Below, piece by piece: positions 62,767 to 64,000 of a stretch of DNA of 64,000 nucleotides. How positions within the stretch are numbered: position 1 is the stretch's first letter; every line of letters begins with the position of its first letter. Source of the stretch: Actinomycetota bacterium (lineage in GTDB: Bacteria; Actinomycetota; Acidimicrobiia; Acidimicrobiales; JAJPHE01); NCBI GenBank assembly GCA_021325435.1, contig JAJPHE010000055.1:49906-113905 (forward strand). Reading direction: 5' to 3'. The position numbers and the translations under genes are program-made. The notes beneath the pieces were generated by a model that saw only the letters and a list, made by a program, of their open reading frames with translations, was not told the DNA's origin and made no database searches.

Positions 62767-64000
62767 CGCAGGTCCGACAAAGGCTCGACGACGAGCCCGG
62801 CCCGGTCGGCCCCCATGACCAGCTCGTTCAGGGCCCGCTCGAGGGTGCCGGCGTCGGCCCGGTCACCCCTCAGGATGTACACCCGAAGCGGCCTGAGCCG
62901 GACCGGGCCTCCGAGCGCCACCAGGCGCGATCCCCTGACGATGCGGACGTGGCCCATCAGGGCGGAGGCCAGATCCACCCCGCTCACGCCGGAGATGGGG
63001 GCGTACTCCCGGCAGTTGCGCCCGGCGGCCAGCCGGAGGGCCCGGGTCGACCGCAGCAACCCGTCGGACGCGGACTCCCAATGGAACCGCTGCGGTGCCT
63101 GCCAGCCGCCGGTGGCCACGTCGACAGCGGCGCGGACCAGGCGCCTGACCCCGGCCGGGTCGGCGGCCGCGGTCCGGCCGTCGACGACGGCCGTCACCCC
63201 GTCGGCGGCCAACACCGGGGCGAGGTCCGGGGAGGCGAGCGCGGCGGGCCCGACCCGGACGGCCACGTAGACGTCGGCGGTGCCCCGCTCGGCGTGGGCG
63301 GTATCCACCCCGTGGGCCGTGGCGGCGTCGGCGGCCAGGTTGAGCCCGCCGTAAGCGACGGCCAGCCCCAGCCCGCAGGCGGCGATCCGGCGACGCCGTG
63401 GCCGTCGGTGCCGGCGGGCCGCCGGCTGGTCGGCCGGGGCCGACGGGGTGGCGAGGGAGACCACCTCACCGGCGGGGTCGCCGACGAAGAGAGCGCGACC
63501 GGCGGCCACGAGGGCGTGGCGGTCGACGGTGACGGCCCGGTCGAGGACCTCGGCCAGGCGGCGGGGGTCGCGGGCCGTCGCCGTCACCCCGGCGGTCTCC
63601 ATGGCTGAGGCGTTCTCGCGGCCGTGGCCGGGGATGGGGTGGAAGGTCACCACGGGCAGGCCCACGGCGAAGGCCTCCATGCACGACAGCCCTCCCGCGT
63701 TCTGCACGAGGACGTCGGCCGCCGCCATCAACTCGGGCATGCGGTCCGTCCAGCCCAGCACCACGCCGCCGCCGCGGCTGGCCAGTCGGGCCCGGAGGTC
63801 GTCGTTGCGGCCGCAGACGGCGACCGGCAGCCAGTCGTCGGTGTGGAGCAGCGCGTCGAAGGTGGACTCAAGGTCCCCGACCCCCCAGGAGCCCGACACG
63901 GCCAGGGCGATCTTCGCCTCCTGGGGCAGGCCGAGGGCCTGGCGGGCGGCGAGCTTGGTGATCGGAGCCCGCCTAAAGGCGGCGGACACCATGGGCCCGG
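62763..64000 (-). CDS. GT28/MGDG-synthase-like glycosyltransferase C-terminal domain fused to TM plus an unknown extracytoplasmic domain (5' end beyond the window)
   Basis: VSGSWGVGDL...VAVCGRN...ADVLVQNAGGLSCMEAFAVGLPVV...PGHGRENA is the GT-B C-terminal nucleotide-sugar domain. It is followed by an RRHRRPRRRR-TM segment and a roughly 210-aa domain without NodB motifs. The ORF is still open at 64000. Confidence 0.6.
   Translation of the reverse strand, partial: GPMVSAAFRRAPITKLAARQALGLPQEAKIALAVSGSWGVGDLESTFDALLHTDDWLPVAVCGRNDDLRARLASRGGGVVLGWTDRMPELMAAADVLVQNAGGLSCMEAFAVGLPVVTFHPIPGHGRENASAMETAGVTATARDPRRLAEVLDRAVTVDRHALVAAGRALFVGDPAGEVVSLATPSAPADQPAARRHRRPRRRRIAACGLGLAVAYGGLNLAADAATAHGVDTAHAERGTADVYVAVRVGPAALASPDLAPVLAADGVTAVVDGRTAAADPAGVRRLVRAAVDVATGGWQAPQRFHWESASDGLLRSTRALRLAAGRNCREYAPISGVSGVDLASALMGHVRIVRGSRLVALGGPVRLRPLRVYILRGDRADAGTLERALNELVMGADRAGLVVEPLSDLR

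Overview
High-GC, gene-dense chromosomal segment of actinobacterial character. This is an inference from a WhiB regulator, an HU with a Lys/Ala-rich tail, Ppm1, split LigD-type NHEJ genes and many apparently leaderless starts. I call about 59 protein genes. I found no rRNA, tRNA, CRISPR array, transposase or integrase.

Content in order:
- GH36 alpha-galactosidase (partial), HU, two flavoenzymes.
- Secreted cell-wall proteins (SpoIID-like, M23).
- A DNA-repair neighbourhood: WhiB, HhH-PHP protein, ATP ligase, LigD primase-polymerase, RmuC, Fpg/Nei.
- An ICM-like acyl-CoA mutase plus CoA-transferase operon.
- Two Liv-type ABC importers. One is headed by a secernin/C69-like Ntn hydrolase and sits divergent to a copper amine oxidase.
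- CDF metal exporter, gabD, and a PhyH / swivel-domain / ACAD cluster.
- gltBD, a large multidomain secreted protein, an acyl-CoA synthetase, MscS.
- Two SEDS (RodA/FtsW) paralogs flanking a BFN nuclease.
- An envelope lipid/glycan cluster: ABC ATPase, MprF-like flippase domain, Ppm1, CE4 deacetylase, GT28 fusion.

Most of the window is ordinary metabolism. I did not recognise a clear novel multi-gene system.

Observations most worth a second look:
1. A dense array of TTCCGGAA-core palindromes at 19.33-19.57 kb, upstream of a leaderless HTH/coiled-coil gene.
2. A single in-frame TAG splitting a PEP-utilizing swivel-domain gene.
3. A 17-bp tandem duplication at a gene start and a 3 x 20-bp tandem repeat across a stop codon.
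4. Recurrent TANNNT (often TACCGT) -10 boxes 5-8 nt upstream of start codons, implying leaderless divergent gene pairs.
5. An NHEJ module in which an HhH-PHP protein sits where the LigD phosphoesterase domain would be.

All function calls rest on motif recognition by eye. No database search was run.
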